A stretch of 63,447 nucleotides of DNA, filler included, from Collodictyon triciliatum (Eukaryota), in NCBI GenBank assembly GCA_043381765.1. It is 41 parts of 41 records of this genome, joined end to end, with 100 filler letters (N's around TTAATTAATTAA, not from the genome) between each part and the next. Parts side by side here need not be neighbours in the genome. Positions count along the whole stretch, not along the records: positions 62,007 to 63,447 come from JBHJMP010011070.1; 40 more parts are not named here. The stretch is one strand, 5' to 3'. Numbering within the stretch: position 1 is the stretch's first letter; the number at the start of each line of letters is the position of its first letter. Made by a program: the position numbers and the translations under genes. The notes below the pieces were generated by a model. It did not search any database. It was not told the origin of the DNA and saw only the letters and a program-made list of their open reading frames with translations. Positions 62,270 through 63,447 of the stretch are shown here, one piece after another.

Positions 62270-63300
62270 TGACAAGCCTTCTCCAATTGAGGATTCGGAG
62301 GAAGATATCCCGGTATTATTATTCGAGTCGCGATTTGAGAGCGGAAATCTCAATAAGGCTATTCGGGTATGTTCCAGTATCCCCTTTCCACATTATTTTT
62401 TTTTCAAATCCGAAATTAATTAATAAAACTGGGCGGTGTAGATATATGAGGCAGAGTATGACCTTCTCTTGCATCCGGATATAAACTCGAAAGCGCATAC
62501 ACAATGGTTCTTTTTCTCTGCGCGAAACATGCGCAAAGATGTAGTATATAAATTTAATATTATCAACCTGGAAAAGCCAAATAGCCAATTCAATTTTGGG
62601 ATGATGCCGGTGATTTATTCTACCAAAGATGCAGATGCCAATGTTGTTGGTTGGGTACGACAAGGATTTGATATTGGATACTACCCTAACCGCTATTTAA
62701 AAGACAAGAAAGGAAGACCACTTTCGTGGTACACATTTTCGTTTAAGATCAAGTTCCCACACGACAGGGACTTAGTCTACTTGGCGTACCATTATCCTTA
62801 CACTTATTCAGACCTACAGACTTATCTAAACGAAGTGGAAGTAAGTTTAGGATACTACCCGTAGACACGAAAATAACCTATTCTTTAAGCTTTAAAGATG
62901 AGTTCTCTCCCTTTTATATCATTATGAACCTTAATCGAATTATTGACATAATTATTTTGCATCCAGGAAATTCCATGTGTCTATGAATACTATCGGCGCC
63001 AAATTCTCTGCAGAACACTCGGGAACAATATATGCGACCTACTAACCATTACAAATATGGATGGGCTAGAATCTGTAAAATCAGCCTAAATCAAGGAGAA
63101 AATACAAGATAATCAAAAAATCATGCTGAATTGTAAACTTATTTCTTATTCCTAATTCGATGTTGTACATATCACGAGCAGGATTTACTGAATCGAAAAG
63201 TGATTGTAATTACATCTCGAGTTCACCCTGGGGAGTCTAATAGCAGCTGGGTCATGCAGGGCATTCTGAATTTCCTCCTATCAAACTCCGAGGATGCAAA
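62270..63300 (+). CDS. Cytosolic carboxypeptidase (M14D; CCP/AGBL/Nna1 tubulin deglutamylase, CCP1/4-like), internal fragment
   Basis: FESRFESGNL, EYDLLLHPD, TQWFFF, NIINLEKPNSQFNFGMMP, AYHYPYTYSDL, LCRTLGNN, and the zinc-ligand motif SRVHPGESNSSW. Confidence 0.93.
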
Positions 63301-63447
63301 GTTTGCCAATCATCTTGCATGTTTAATTATCTCCTGTGTATGTATGTATGTATGTATGTATGTATGTATGTATGTATGTATGTATGTATGTATGTATGTA
63401 TGTATGTATGTATGTATGTATGTATGTATGTATGTATGTATGTATGT

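Noticed and set aside
1-63447. tRNA, rRNA or snRNA genes
   Set aside because: No cloverleaf with a T-loop motif and no rRNA or snRNA signature was spotted by eye; a covariance-model scan is needed to exclude them.

Overview
This window is not one locus. It is 41 unlinked contigs of about 1.44-1.46 kb, roughly sorted by decreasing length and joined by an artificial 100-nt spacer (N44-TTAATTAATTAA-N44). The DNA comes from an AT-rich, intron-rich, microsatellite-dense eukaryote (protist-like; GT-AG introns, standard code), and most contigs break at a simple repeat or a repetitive element. Manual splicing recovers gene fragments for a PQ-loop transporter, a RhoGEF (DH), an LRR protein, a C2+TKL kinase, a DUF4062 protein, a CARMIL-like LRR protein, RPAP1, an isochorismatase-like protein, a Pho80/cyclin-Y-like cyclin, an ARM protein, a NACHT NTPase, a TPR array, PFKFB, a YbjN-like domain, a TKL kinase, a C2 protein, a vWA protein and a cytosolic carboxypeptidase. 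There are also two Cys-rich 93-aa repeat arrays and an 18-aa repeat protein. The highlights are: (1) a decayed Fanzor1 (eukaryotic TnpB-like RNA-guided nuclease) at 45017-46040 that the ORF track largely misses; (2) parts of an NLR-like DUF4062-NACHT-TPR family whose TPRs are each one symmetric 126-nt exon, with duplicated introns and variable helix positions; (3) several L1/Tx1-like retrotransposon pieces, including three putative 3' ends that share a terminal motif; (4) an 18-aa TxT/Tyr repeat protein reminiscent of ice-active beta-solenoids. All family calls are from motif recognition by eye, not from database searches.
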